The position numbers and the translations under genes are program-made. From positions 3,550,514-3,614,513 of the forward strand of contig CP182352.1 of the NCBI GenBank assembly GCA_048571215.1: DNA of 64,000 bases. The letters are read 5' to 3'. Shown piece after piece: positions 1-10,236 of this stretch (positions are counted from its first letter, which is position 1; each line of letters begins with the position of its first letter). The DNA is from Halarcobacter sp. (GTDB lineage: Bacteria > Campylobacterota > Campylobacteria > Campylobacterales > Arcobacteraceae). The notes beneath the pieces were generated by a model. It did no database searches. It had not been told where the DNA came from and saw only the letters and a list, made by a program, of their open reading frames with translations.

Positions 1-505
1 TTTTAAACCAAATTCTAGATCTTGGGTCATATAGCCCTTTAGATGTTGTTTTTTCTAAAATATTTTTCATTGTATTATCATATTGAATTTTTAAAGCTAC
101 TTTTTCCCCTAATTCATTTGTAAAAACTCTTTTTGCAAAATAACCTTTTTTATTTTTTAATAACATTGTAAAATTACTATTTTTATTTCCATAATAGAGG
201 GCTGAAAACTCTTTATTTATTTGTAGCTGTTCATAAAAGTAGTGAATCATCAAGTTAAAATCTTTGCTATTTACAACTTTATTTGAAGCTAATCTTTGTG
301 ATAAATTTGCGGCATCTTTCGCTTTATACATAAACTGTTTTGATTTGTCTAATGCAAAATCGGAAATATTTAACATAATTTGATTTGCATGTTTTAACAT
401 AGATTGTTTTGATGAATAGTATGATGAAAATACAATAATACTAATTAAGAAAAAAGTACCTAAAACTAATCCTATCATTAATAAAGTTTTTATTGATAAT
501 CTCAA
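1..505 (-). CDS. Cache-domain membrane sensor protein, N-terminal part only (runs off window start)
   Basis: Read manually: TTG at 505 after AGGAG, open to position 1. MRLSIKTLLMIGLVLGTFFLISIIVFSSYY is a TM helix; ALYYGNKNSNF and YDPRSRIWFK match the dCache YDPRxRPWY pattern. Output domain lies outside the window. Confidence 0.75.
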   Translation of the reverse strand, partial: MRLSIKTLLMIGLVLGTFFLISIIVFSSYYSSKQSMLKHANQIMLNISDFALDKSKQFMYKAKDAANLSQRLASNKVVNSKDFNLMIHYFYEQLQINKEFSALYYGNKNSNFTMLLKNKKGYFAKRVFTNELGEKVALKIQYDNTMKNILEKTTSKGLYDPRSRIWFK

Positions 506-754
506 TTGAACTCCTAGTATTAAGCTCTTAAGTTAGTATAGTATAAATAAGATTAATTTATAATTGCATAAATTATAGTTATCTAAAAGTTCAATATTCT
601 ATAGTTTATTAAGAGATAAATAGATAATTTTTATTTAAATTATGACAAATTTATAAATTTCTTTATATTATAAGTTCAGCTTATGTAATATTAAGTTTAT
701 TTTTAACTTTAATGCGTATAATTACTTTGATTAATTTCATGCATATCTATAGTT

Positions 755-792
755 AAAAAGGGCTCATCTGTAAAAGATGAGCCCTTTTTTTT
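755..792. terminator. Intrinsic terminator-like hairpin, potentially bidirectional
   Basis: AAAAAGGGCTCATCT-GTAAA-AGATGAGCCCTTTTTTTT: perfect stem with a T8 tail. Confidence 0.75.
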
Positions 793-961
793 AATATTAT
801 TATTACTTATAGTAATAATAATATTGCAATAATAATATTAAACTAATATAGTTACTATCAAATTTTATTTCTAGATTTTCATTTGAACTCATAACCTTTA
901 ATCTTGTTGTTAATAAGGATATAATAAAATAATTACTTATTTTAAAACTAAAGAGAGAGAT

Positions 962-2293
962 ATGAAAAGAGTTAAGTTTTTACTGATAACAATTTTATGT
1001 GTATTTACTGTAGGCTGTGCTGATAAGGGTGAAAAACTTCTTACTGAAATAAAGCCAATGGATAGAGAAAATATAATTCAAAAATCTACAATTCATGATG
1101 CAGTTAGAATAAATGATTTAAAGTTAGTTGATTATTTCATAAAAAGTGGTACAGATATTAATACAAAAGATAAATTTGGTTATACCCCTTTACATCTTGC
1201 TGCAAGATTTAATCACCTAGATATCGCAAAACTACTGATAAAAAATGGTGCAGATATAAACACACAAGATAAATATTTTGATACTCCACTTATAGACTCA
1301 ACAAGAAATGGTTATTCTGCAATGTCTGAATTACTTATTTGCAATGGTGCTAAAAGAGATATGGTAGATAAATATAAAATGACCCCTTCTGATTATGCAT
1401 TAAGAGCAAATGATACAAGATTATCAAAGCTTTTAAAACTTAAAGACCTAAGTGGATATTGTCAAAATAAGATAAAAAAAGAGAAAAAAATTGAAGTTGA
1501 GAAAGATAATAACTCAAATGAAAATGGTACTTCGATAAATATTGATGATCATGCAATCATAAATCAAAGTAAACCCCTAATTTGTGGTGATATTATTGAC
1601 CCTACGGTTCTTCAAATTCAAGTTTCACTTGATGAAGGGAAAACTGTATATGATGCAAATTTAGATAATGAAAACAAAAGATGGTGTGCAAAAATACCTA
1701 CTAAGCTTGAAGCAGGTGATTATAATATCGCTGCAATATCTATAAACAAATTTAATAAAATGAGTAGAGTAGATGATGATTTTAAAATCGAGTTTTCTTC
1801 TAAACTTTTTGATTCTTTGAAAAATGAGTTTAAAGATGATTTTAAAAAATGGAATTTAGTATTATTAGAAGATAATAATATTTTAAGATTCAAAAACCCT
1901 TCATCTATGTTTTCAAGGGGACGAGATAATATAAGTGAAAAATATCAAAAGATATTTAATGACTTTTTCCCAAGATATATAAAGATTATAGAAAAACATA
2001 AAAATGAGATTAAATCTATTTTTGTTGAGGGACATACCTCTTCAAGATATAGAACTGCAAAAACAAAAGAGGAAAAGTTTGAAAAAAATAGAATACTTTC
2101 TCAAAAAAGAGCAAATGAAGTTTTATCATTTTTAAAAAATATTAATGATTCAAGGGTGCACGAAAATTTAGGCTTAATAGATGAACTTTTCACAGCAAAG
2201 GGGATGTCTTCATCACAATTAATTTATAATGAAGATGGAAGTGAAAATATTGAAGCTTCAAGAAGAGTTGAATTTAAAATAGAATTAAAATAG
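962..2293 (+). CDS. Lipoprotein with ankyrin repeats, Ig-like segment and C-terminal OmpA/MotB-like peptidoglycan-binding domain
   Basis: Lipobox VFTVGC; GYTPLHLAA ankyrin motif; VEGHTSS...NRILSQKRA...RRVEF OmpA_C signature. Paralog at 34578. Confidence 0.85.
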   Translation: MKRVKFLLITILCVFTVGCADKGEKLLTEIKPMDRENIIQKSTIHDAVRINDLKLVDYFIKSGTDINTKDKFGYTPLHLAARFNHLDIAKLLIKNGADINTQDKYFDTPLIDSTRNGYSAMSELLICNGAKRDMVDKYKMTPSDYALRANDTRLSKLLKLKDLSGYCQNKIKKEKKIEVEKDNNSNENGTSINIDDHAIINQSKPLICGDIIDPTVLQIQVSLDEGKTVYDANLDNENKRWCAKIPTKLEAGDYNIAAISINKFNKMSRVDDDFKIEFSSKLFDSLKNEFKDDFKKWNLVLLEDNNILRFKNPSSMFSRGRDNISEKYQKIFNDFFPRYIKIIEKHKNEIKSIFVEGHTSSRYRTAKTKEEKFEKNRILSQKRANEVLSFLKNINDSRVHENLGLIDELFTAKGMSSSQLIYNEDGSENIEASRRVEFKIELK

Positions 2294-2308
2294 ATAAGGT
2301 CTTATTAT

Positions 2309-5300
2309 ATGGGAAAAGAGGTAGGGTACATAAAAGAGATTATTTTAAAAGTAAGGGAATCCCTATCTTTTGGAAGCACTTTTTCAATATCAAATCAAGA
2401 ACAATTGGCTTATAATCCAAAAATATCTCAAGTTTATATAACTTTATTTCAAGAGGGATTAAAGCCAATACGTTGGGGTTCAAGAAAAAAAACACTTGAA
2501 GAGTCAATTCAAAGAATTATTTTTAAGCTTAAAACTAATTCTAATTTTTATAATTTTAATATAAGTGAAAATACAAAATGTAGAATTTTGTTTGAGATGG
2601 TTACTAAAGAGTATCCTTGTAATATTAGAAATTTAACTACAATGAATATGGATTCGCCAAATAGATTTGAATCAGGAGTAAATGGTTTAAAGTATAAATA
2701 TAATGCACAAACAAGATTTTTTATGCCAACTGATGGATATACAAAATCGATTATGAGTGTAAATCAGCTTTTGAATTATTTATCAAAACAGTGTGGGATA
2801 TCAAAAAAAACAAATAAGATTAGTGAACGGGTTCATTTAATGAGAAGAGAGCCAATTGAGTACACTTTTATAGAATCTATAGCCTTTATAACTTATGGTG
2901 ACGAAGTGTTAAAACTTGAAAGAGGCTATCCTTTACCTATTGATTTTAATAAAGATATAATTTATGACAAGATGATGAAAAGTGTTGATTGGTTAATAAA
3001 AAATATGAATAATGATGGTAGTTTTTTATACTATTATGATCCATATAAAGACACAATTGTAGATGATATGCATCCTAAGATGATAAACCCTTTATATAAC
3101 AATATATTAAGACATAGTGGAGGAACAATCTCTTTATTAAGAGCTTATGAATTAAGTGATAATAAAATTTATTTACAAAAAGCAAAAGAGTCTATAGAGT
3201 TTTTAATAACTACATTTAAAGAACATCAATATAATAATCAGTATGCTTGTTTCCCATTTTTTAATAAAAAATCAAAATTAGGTGGTGCAGGGATTGGTTT
3301 AGTAGCAATGATGCACTATTATATGCATACAAAAGATGAAAGTTATAGAAAATATTTAGATGGTCTTGTAAGACATATTTTAAGTAGAGTTGATGAAAGT
3401 GGAGAGCTAATTGGTTATTATATTCATCCCCAATTTAATGAGGGAAAACCTTTAATAAATCCAAGTGATGAAGTTAAGAAAAATTTATTTTCTTTCTATT
3501 ATCCTGGGGAAGCACTTTTAGGTCTTGCTTTATATTATCTTTATATTGATAACATTGATGAAGAGTTGAAGAGTGATATAAAAGAAAAGAGTGAAAAAGC
3601 CTTAGACTTTTTAGTTGATATTAGACCTATAAAATATGATTATATGTTTGATACACTACCCGCTGATGCTTGGCTTATGCAAGCGATTGAAGAGTGGGTT
3701 AAAGTTGATGGTTTAAAAAAACAAAGCTATATTGATTTTGTTTTTAATGATACTAAGCAGATGTTTGAACATATGTATAAAGAAGAGAACACTTTAGCAA
3801 CAAATAAAGACTATATAGGTGGATTTTATTATGAATATGGTGATCATGTTTATCATGATGCATCGAGATGTGAAGGGGTTGTTAGCGCCTACTATTTAGC
3901 AAAATATTTAAAAGATGAAAATAAAGCTTCTTGGATAATGGAAAATATGATCTTAAGTGCAAAGGGTTTAATGAAAACATTTCATGATGAAAAATCTGTT
4001 TATGCCCATATAAATCCAGAAAAAGCGCTTCATAGTTTTAGATTTAAACTCACAAGACAGTGGGTTAGGGTTGATTCAGTTCAACACGCTTCATGTTTTT
4101 TTGCTAGATTAATCCCTGTTTTTGATGACAAAAAAAAATTAGATAATAATATATTAAATAAATATGAGATTGTAGATACTATTGATAAAGCAGGGTATAG
4201 TACCGTGTATCTAGTAAAAGACAAGTCATCAAAGCTTTTTGCTATGAAGAAAATAGAACAAACCAGATATTTAAGATTAATAGAAAATGAGATTAAATTT
4301 TTAAGAGTTTTAAATGAATTTAACAGTTTAAAATTTATTGAAGTTATAAAAAATGGTGAAGAGCTTTATTTAATATTTGATTATGCAGAAGCTGGAAATT
4401 TAAAAAAACATGTTGAAAAAAATGCAGTTTTATCAGATGAAGAAACTTTTGAGTATTTGAAGCAGATGTTAGAAGTTTTGAATTTTATTAATCAAAAAGG
4501 GATTTTGCATTTAGATTTGAAACCTGCAAATACCTTAATTTATAATAAAAAGTTTATTTTGGCTGATTGGGGTAATGCGGAAAAAACAAGAGTATCAAAA
4601 AGTGTACATCTAAAAGGAAATCCAATCTATATTGCTCCAGAGTTTTATTGGGGGGAAAGAACTATCTCCTCAGAGATTTATTCTTTAGGTTGCTCTTTAT
4701 ATTTTTTATTAACAGGTAAACATATTTACAGTTTACGAAATAGATATTCATTACTTCAAAAGATATATTCAAGTTTATATTTTCATGCAGATTTATCTGA
4801 AATAAAATCAAATAAGATGAAATATATTTTGGGTAGAATGTTAGAAAAAGAGCCTCAAAAAAGAATCGGTTTAGATGAATTAAATAAAGAGTTAAAAAAA
4901 GATGAAAGTGCTTTTGAAGATTTTTTATATATAAAATATAAAAATGAACAAGTAGATTTTTCAGATGAGGAAAAACTTTATGATAAAATGTTAAAAGATA
5001 ATATTCCTTTTTTATTTAATGAAAAAGGCAGATTGTTTATAAAACAAGGTGAATTTCAAAAAGCTTATGAGATGTTTGAAAAAGGTGCAAAGGCGGGATA
5101 TGTAAATGCACAATTAAATCTTGCATTGATGCATTATAATAAAAAATATGAGATCCTAGATTTAAAAAAGGCATTTTATTGGATAGAAAAAGCTTCACAA
5201 GTTGAATATGACAAGGCTCAATATTTTATGGGAATATTTTACGAAAATGGTCTATATGTAGATAAAGATTTAGAAAAAGCTATTTTTTGGTTTAAAAAAT

Positions 5301-5377
5301 CTGCACGAAATGCATATAGAAAAGCTTATACAAAACTGGATAAGTACAATATTAAATTGGAGGTAAATTTAAAATGA
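2309..5377 (+). CDS. Multidomain protein: AMMECR1-like + alpha-helical (six-hairpin-like) domain + Hanks-type Ser/Thr kinase + Sel1 repeats
   Basis: VYITLF, GVNGL and FFMP are AMMECR1-like. Helical region has YNNILRH, YYPGEALLGL and RVDSVQH. Kinase from about 4160 has AMKK, HLDLKPAN, DWG and YIAPE. Sel1 motifs: AQLNLALMH, AFYWIEKA, AQYFMGIFY, AIFWFKKSA. Confidence 0.75.
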   Translation: MGKEVGYIKEIILKVRESLSFGSTFSISNQEQLAYNPKISQVYITLFQEGLKPIRWGSRKKTLEESIQRIIFKLKTNSNFYNFNISENTKCRILFEMVTKEYPCNIRNLTTMNMDSPNRFESGVNGLKYKYNAQTRFFMPTDGYTKSIMSVNQLLNYLSKQCGISKKTNKISERVHLMRREPIEYTFIESIAFITYGDEVLKLERGYPLPIDFNKDIIYDKMMKSVDWLIKNMNNDGSFLYYYDPYKDTIVDDMHPKMINPLYNNILRHSGGTISLLRAYELSDNKIYLQKAKESIEFLITTFKEHQYNNQYACFPFFNKKSKLGGAGIGLVAMMHYYMHTKDESYRKYLDGLVRHILSRVDESGELIGYYIHPQFNEGKPLINPSDEVKKNLFSFYYPGEALLGLALYYLYIDNIDEELKSDIKEKSEKALDFLVDIRPIKYDYMFDTLPADAWLMQAIEEWVKVDGLKKQSYIDFVFNDTKQMFEHMYKEENTLATNKDYIGGFYYEYGDHVYHDASRCEGVVSAYYLAKYLKDENKASWIMENMILSAKGLMKTFHDEKSVYAHINPEKALHSFRFKLTRQWVRVDSVQHASCFFARLIPVFDDKKKLDNNILNKYEIVDTIDKAGYSTVYLVKDKSSKLFAMKKIEQTRYLRLIENEIKFLRVLNEFNSLKFIEVIKNGEELYLIFDYAEAGNLKKHVEKNAVLSDEETFEYLKQMLEVLNFINQKGILHLDLKPANTLIYNKKFILADWGNAEKTRVSKSVHLKGNPIYIAPEFYWGERTISSEIYSLGCSLYFLLTGKHIYSLRNRYSLLQKIYSSLYFHADLSEIKSNKMKYILGRMLEKEPQKRIGLDELNKELKKDESAFEDFLYIKYKNEQVDFSDEEKLYDKMLKDNIPFLFNEKGRLFIKQGEFQKAYEMFEKGAKAGYVNAQLNLALMHYNKKYEILDLKKAFYWIEKASQVEYDKAQYFMGIFYENGLYVDKDLEKAIFWFKKSARNAYRKAYTKLDKYNIKLEVNLK

Positions 5378-6339
5378 AAACTTTTTTTTTAATTCTATTA
5401 TTAACTATTTCTTTAAATGCAGGATGGAAAACACAAAGGGAAAATCTTGATAAGGTTTATATTTTAGGAGATTTTAGAGTTTTTTATACTTTAAAAGGAA
5501 AGGATGCCCTTCCTAGAAAAAATAGAGTGGATTTAAATAAAAACTCTATTCCTGATTATGTAGAAAATATTGCACAAAGATTAAATGTAACAAAAGAACT
5601 TTATACAAAAATATTGGGGTTTCAAGATCCTCTAAAATCAAAAAGATATAGAGGGGTAAAATATATTGATATACATATTTTAAATTCAAAACATAGTTCA
5701 TCAGGAGATGCTGTTGTAACTTTTAACTATAAAATTTTAGATAAAGAAGATGAAGTTATAAGTATGAAAATAAGAAACAATCTTGATAAAGATACTTTAA
5801 CTCCTTCCCATGAATATTTTCACTTGCTTCAAAATAGTTATAGTATGTTTAAAAATAGATGGTATACAGAAGGTACTGCAAGATGGTCTGAAAGAGTATT
5901 TAAAAAAGGTACTGGTAAAAGAGGAATATTACCCCAAAATTCAAGATCTTTAGATGTATTATTAGATATGACATATGATGCAAAGGGATTTTGGAGAAAA
6001 TTAGCTTACCTTTGTGATACAAATAATGGGAGTTTTGTAAATAGTCTAAATCTTAAAACAGATGTACCAAATTATCCAAACTTGATAGAAGACAGAAGGA
6101 TTTATGGTTATGAATTTATAAGAGTCTTTTTAGAAAATTTGGACAAACAAGATAATATTGTTTCTAAAAAAAGAGGTTATGGTGAGTTTGATTGGAGTGA
6201 AAAAAATCAAAAATATAATGAAGACAACAACAAGTATATTTTAAAAGCTGTAGTTGATACTATAAATACAGTTTGTCCAAAAACAAATCAAGAGATAAAC
6301 AATTTTAAAATTGTTGCAAAAGATTATATTAGAAGATAA
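5374..6339 (+). CDS. Secreted putative zinc metallopeptidase (zincin)
   Basis: Signal peptide MKTFFLILLLTISLNA; HEYFH motif followed by WYTEGTA (gluzincin-like third ligand); DLNKNSIPD Ca-loop-like motif; overlaps the upstream stop. Confidence 0.65.
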   Translation: MKTFFLILLLTISLNAGWKTQRENLDKVYILGDFRVFYTLKGKDALPRKNRVDLNKNSIPDYVENIAQRLNVTKELYTKILGFQDPLKSKRYRGVKYIDIHILNSKHSSSGDAVVTFNYKILDKEDEVISMKIRNNLDKDTLTPSHEYFHLLQNSYSMFKNRWYTEGTARWSERVFKKGTGKRGILPQNSRSLDVLLDMTYDAKGFWRKLAYLCDTNNGSFVNSLNLKTDVPNYPNLIEDRRIYGYEFIRVFLENLDKQDNIVSKKRGYGEFDWSEKNQKYNEDNNKYILKAVVDTINTVCPKTNQEINNFKIVAKDYIRR

Positions 6340-8741
6340 TGGAAAATAAATTACTATTTTCATTAAAAGAGATTGAATCTATTACAGGTGGTAAATGGGT
6401 TAATTTTGATGAAAAATTAGTTATAGATGAGTTTGTCCATCTACTACCACATATAAAAGACGGGGATCTTTTTATTGTACATTATGCAAATTGGTATAAT
6501 AAAAAAACAGATAATGAAAAGGATATTCCAAGAGCTATTAAAAAAGGTGCTCGTGCTTTAATGGTTCAAAAACAAACTGATATATCAAATTTATCTATGC
6601 CTGTTTTAGTAGTAGATGACACTTATTATGCCTTAAAAAATTTAGCTTTGTATGCATCCGAAAAAGCAAGTTCAAAACGAGTTGTTATCACAGGAAGTTA
6701 TGGAAAAACAGGTTTCAAAAATCACTTATATCATTTGATAAAAGATAAAACAAAAGTATTTGCAAGACTTAGTAGTTCAAATAGAGTTGCTTCAACCTAT
6801 GGAAACTTAGCTTCCCTAAAAAAAGATACAGAAGTTTTATTAGTTGAAATCCCTATTAGTACTAGAAATAAAACACAAAGACGAGCAGGTTATGTTAGAC
6901 CTGATATTTGTGTTATAACTTCAATTGGGCATGAACATATAGAAAGACATGCTAGTGTAAATAATATTATAAAAAAGAAGTGTTCTATTGCTGGAACTTT
7001 GCCAGAAGAAGGAAAAATAATTGTACCTAGTGATGGAGAATATAGTGATCTTATAAAAAAAGAGTTAAGAAAATATGAAGATATAGAGGTTTTAACTTTT
7101 GGATATAAAGATAATTGTAATGCTCAGTTATTAAGTGTATGGTACGAGAATTATAGATATAAGGTGATTGCTAGAATTGAAGAGGAACTTGTGCAATATG
7201 AAGTTCCTTTTGTAGATGATCATGCACCTCTTAGTTCAATATGTGAATTATTGTGTATAAAACACTTAGGTTTTGATATATATGAATGTGCAAAAAATTA
7301 TAAAAATATTAAAAATTTTAGAAGTAGTGGGAATTTATATAAATTAGAATATAAAGAAAAAACCTTTTATCTGTATGACCATAGTAGAAGGGGTGGAGTA
7401 GAAGGGTACCGTTCTTTTTTGAAAACAATTAAAAAGATTAATCCTAAGGGAAAAGGAAGAAAAATATTTGTTACTTCTGAGTTTGTAGATATTCAAGATG
7501 GTGAAGAGAAGTTTATAGATAAAAATGAGTTTAAACAATTGATTGAAGAAGCATCAATTGATCAGTTTTATACAGTAGAAAATTTTAAAGCTGTTCATGA
7601 AGATTTAATAAGTGATAAAAAAAAGTGGATACAACACTCTTTAAAAGTTGAAGATTTAAGAGAAAATTTTCTTAATAATATTCATGAGGGAGATGTTATT
7701 TGTATAAAAGCTATATTTGAAAGCTCTCTTCAGCTACTTAGTAAAGATATTTTACACAATTCAGAAATATTAAACTCTCAGCAAGAATATAATACAAAGG
7801 TTGATTTATTAAAAAACTGTAGGATAATTGATACAAAATATATGGAAAGATTTTATTCTATAATGGACAATGCAAAAAAAGAGAATTGGGTTAATTATTT
7901 TCCTTTTTTATATACCTTCTCTGCCTCAAAAAGTAGAAAAATTTTACTAAATTTTGAAGATGATGTAATGAGTGTTTATTTTTTAAGACATCTAAACAGT
8001 AGAAGAAGAGAACCTTTTTTACAATTGTATTTTATACCTATACCTTTTAGTTCTCAAAAGTTAAAAAAAGCATTAACCTTAGTTAAAGAGTTTAATCATG
8101 CATCTTCAAATACAATTCTTTGGTGTGATGCAGAGGATATAAAAAGAGTTAGAGAAAATAAAGAATTTGATAAGGTAATAAAATTTAGATATAAGGAGTC
8201 TGAGTTTATATATTCTCCACAAAATTATGAAACTTTATCAGGTAGTAAATACAAATATTTAAGACGACAAATAGGATGGATAAATGCTTTAAAAGATGTA
8301 AAAGTAACCTCTTATAAAAAAGAGCATTTAAAAGACTGTTTATCTTTATATGATGATTGGAAAAAAACTCAAGGTCTTAAATATGAATCTATAGAAGATG
8401 AATCTTATACAAAACTTTGTCTTTATCATAGTTTTGATTTTCCTAAAGAGATATTAGATGGAATAGTGGTCTTAATAGATAATCAGGTTAAATCTTTTGC
8501 TTTTTATGGAAAAATCACAAATGAAATATCAAATATGTTTATTGCAAAAAGTGACCATAGTATAAGAGGTTTGCAAGTTTTTACAAATTATCAAATATTA
8601 TTAAGATTAGAAGATTACAAATATGCAAATGCTTCAGGAGGAGATTTAAGTAAAGGTTTATACGAATCCAAAAAAAAATTCAGACCTTCAAAAATGCATA
8701 AAATTTATAAAGGGGCTGTTAAATTTAGTTTTTTTAGATAA
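6339..8741 (+). CDS. MurF-like Mur ligase fused to a C-terminal DUF2156 (aminoacyl-tRNA-dependent transferase-like GNAT) domain
   Basis: P-loop ITGSYGKTG and PDICVITSIGHEH. C-terminal part from about 7800 has EFIYS, LSGSKYKYLR, AKSD, YAN and GLYESKKKFRP, resembling DUF2156. Confidence 0.75.
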   Translation: MENKLLFSLKEIESITGGKWVNFDEKLVIDEFVHLLPHIKDGDLFIVHYANWYNKKTDNEKDIPRAIKKGARALMVQKQTDISNLSMPVLVVDDTYYALKNLALYASEKASSKRVVITGSYGKTGFKNHLYHLIKDKTKVFARLSSSNRVASTYGNLASLKKDTEVLLVEIPISTRNKTQRRAGYVRPDICVITSIGHEHIERHASVNNIIKKKCSIAGTLPEEGKIIVPSDGEYSDLIKKELRKYEDIEVLTFGYKDNCNAQLLSVWYENYRYKVIARIEEELVQYEVPFVDDHAPLSSICELLCIKHLGFDIYECAKNYKNIKNFRSSGNLYKLEYKEKTFYLYDHSRRGGVEGYRSFLKTIKKINPKGKGRKIFVTSEFVDIQDGEEKFIDKNEFKQLIEEASIDQFYTVENFKAVHEDLISDKKKWIQHSLKVEDLRENFLNNIHEGDVICIKAIFESSLQLLSKDILHNSEILNSQQEYNTKVDLLKNCRIIDTKYMERFYSIMDNAKKENWVNYFPFLYTFSASKSRKILLNFEDDVMSVYFLRHLNSRRREPFLQLYFIPIPFSSQKLKKALTLVKEFNHASSNTILWCDAEDIKRVRENKEFDKVIKFRYKESEFIYSPQNYETLSGSKYKYLRRQIGWINALKDVKVTSYKKEHLKDCLSLYDDWKKTQGLKYESIEDESYTKLCLYHSFDFPKEILDGIVVLIDNQVKSFAFYGKITNEISNMFIAKSDHSIRGLQVFTNYQILLRLEDYKYANASGGDLSKGLYESKKKFRPSKMHKIYKGAVKFSFFR

Positions 8742-8769
8742 TATTTAAATATTAAATAAGAGGATATGT

Positions 8770-10218
8770 ATGATTGTATTAAATAATAGTGAAATTGAAG
8801 AAGCAACAAAAGGGACTTGGATAAATAAAATTGATGAATTAGATATAAAAAGAGTAATATTTAGTAGTACAAAAATTCAAAATTCAGATTTTTATTTCCC
8901 ATACAATCAAGAAAAATTTCTAGAAGACAGTGAAGAAAATATCAATTTAATAAATAGAGTATTTAAAAAAGGTGCTATTGCTATAGCTTTACCTAAAAAT
9001 TCCAAAATAAAAATTGACAAACCAACCCTTCTTGTTGATCATTTAAGAGATTCTTTTAGAGATTTAGCATTAGCTTCTACTAATAAAACCCAAGCAACAA
9101 AAATTTTAGTAACTGGTTCCTATGGAAAAACAGGATTTAAAAATCAACTTTATACTTTGATAAATGAGTTTAAAAACACTTTTACTTTTTTAGATTCTGC
9201 AAATAAAAGTCTTCCTATATATAAAACTTTAAGTTCAATTCCTAGTGATTGTGAAGTTGCTATAGTTGAAGTTGCTGCTCCTGGCTATGAGATATCAAAA
9301 AAAAGAGCCAATTATGTGAAACCAGATATTGCAGTTATAACAAATATTGGGCCTGAACATTTAAGACAACATGGTGGTAGTATTGAAAATGTTATTGAGA
9401 ATAAATCAAGAGTTGCATATGGACTTAAAGATAATGGTTTGATAATAATTCCTAACCAAAAAGAATATAATACAAAAGAAAAAATGACTAAGTATATCCA
9501 TGAGATAAACCCTACACTAGAAATATTGAGTTTTGGAGAAGATAGTGATAATAATGCATATATTTTAGAAAAAAACTTTTTAGATGTAGGATGGAATTTA
9601 AAAATAAAAATAAATGATAAAGAAATAGATTTTACACTACCTTTTTTAGAAGAGTATTCAGTAAAAGCAACTTTACCTATTTTATTAGTTTGTGATTACT
9701 TAGATTTAGATTTAAAGCAGATTGTTACAAAATATAAAAACTATACACACTTTGCAAGTAGTGGAAACTTTTATAAGGTAACTTCATATGAAAAAACCTT
9801 TTATCTTTATGATCAAAGTATTAGGGGAATATTAGATGGATTCAAAGAGACTTTAAAAGTAATTAGTCAAATGAAACCTCAAAAAAAGGGAAAGAAAATA
9901 GCACTTTTTTCTGAGTTTATAAATTTTGATGAGAGTTCGGTTGATGTTGTTAATTTGGATGAGTTTAAACTTTTGTTTAAAAATTCAGGTTTAAAATCAT
10001 TATTTACAATCAATAAGTTTTGTGAGCATATAAATGTATTGCATGATAAATCAATATGGAAAGAGCATAGATTTAGTATAAATGATATTATGGATAAAGT
10101 TATAGCTGATATAGAAGATGATGATATGCTTTTTATTCGTGCGACTCAAGAAAGTAAAGCAGACACTTTAGTAAAAAATATCTTGGATAATGCAAGTAGT
10201 GTAGAACAATATTATTAA
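8770..10218 (+). CDS. Divergent MurF-like Mur ligase family protein
   Basis: VTGSYGKTG P-loop, PDIAVITNIGPEH, three-domain MurF-like layout; paralog of 6339 and 17306. Confidence 0.8.
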   Translation: MIVLNNSEIEEATKGTWINKIDELDIKRVIFSSTKIQNSDFYFPYNQEKFLEDSEENINLINRVFKKGAIAIALPKNSKIKIDKPTLLVDHLRDSFRDLALASTNKTQATKILVTGSYGKTGFKNQLYTLINEFKNTFTFLDSANKSLPIYKTLSSIPSDCEVAIVEVAAPGYEISKKRANYVKPDIAVITNIGPEHLRQHGGSIENVIENKSRVAYGLKDNGLIIIPNQKEYNTKEKMTKYIHEINPTLEILSFGEDSDNNAYILEKNFLDVGWNLKIKINDKEIDFTLPFLEEYSVKATLPILLVCDYLDLDLKQIVTKYKNYTHFASSGNFYKVTSYEKTFYLYDQSIRGILDGFKETLKVISQMKPQKKGKKIALFSEFINFDESSVDVVNLDEFKLLFKNSGLKSLFTINKFCEHINVLHDKSIWKEHRFSINDIMDKVIADIEDDDMLFIRATQESKADTLVKNILDNASSVEQYY

Positions 10219-10236
10219 AATAGATGTGGAATTAAG

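Noticed and set aside
962..2293. Ankyrin lipoproteins as the split-off ankyrin half of an AnkX-like enzyme
   Set aside because: They carry lipoprotein signals (periplasmic) while the Fic protein has no export signal.
2309..5377. Lanthipeptide synthetase (LanC-like barrel plus kinase)
   Set aside because: Domain order differs from LanKC/LanL, I see no lyase domain or clear zinc-binding Cys/Cys/His set, and there is no Cys-containing precursor. A structure search should still check the barrel.
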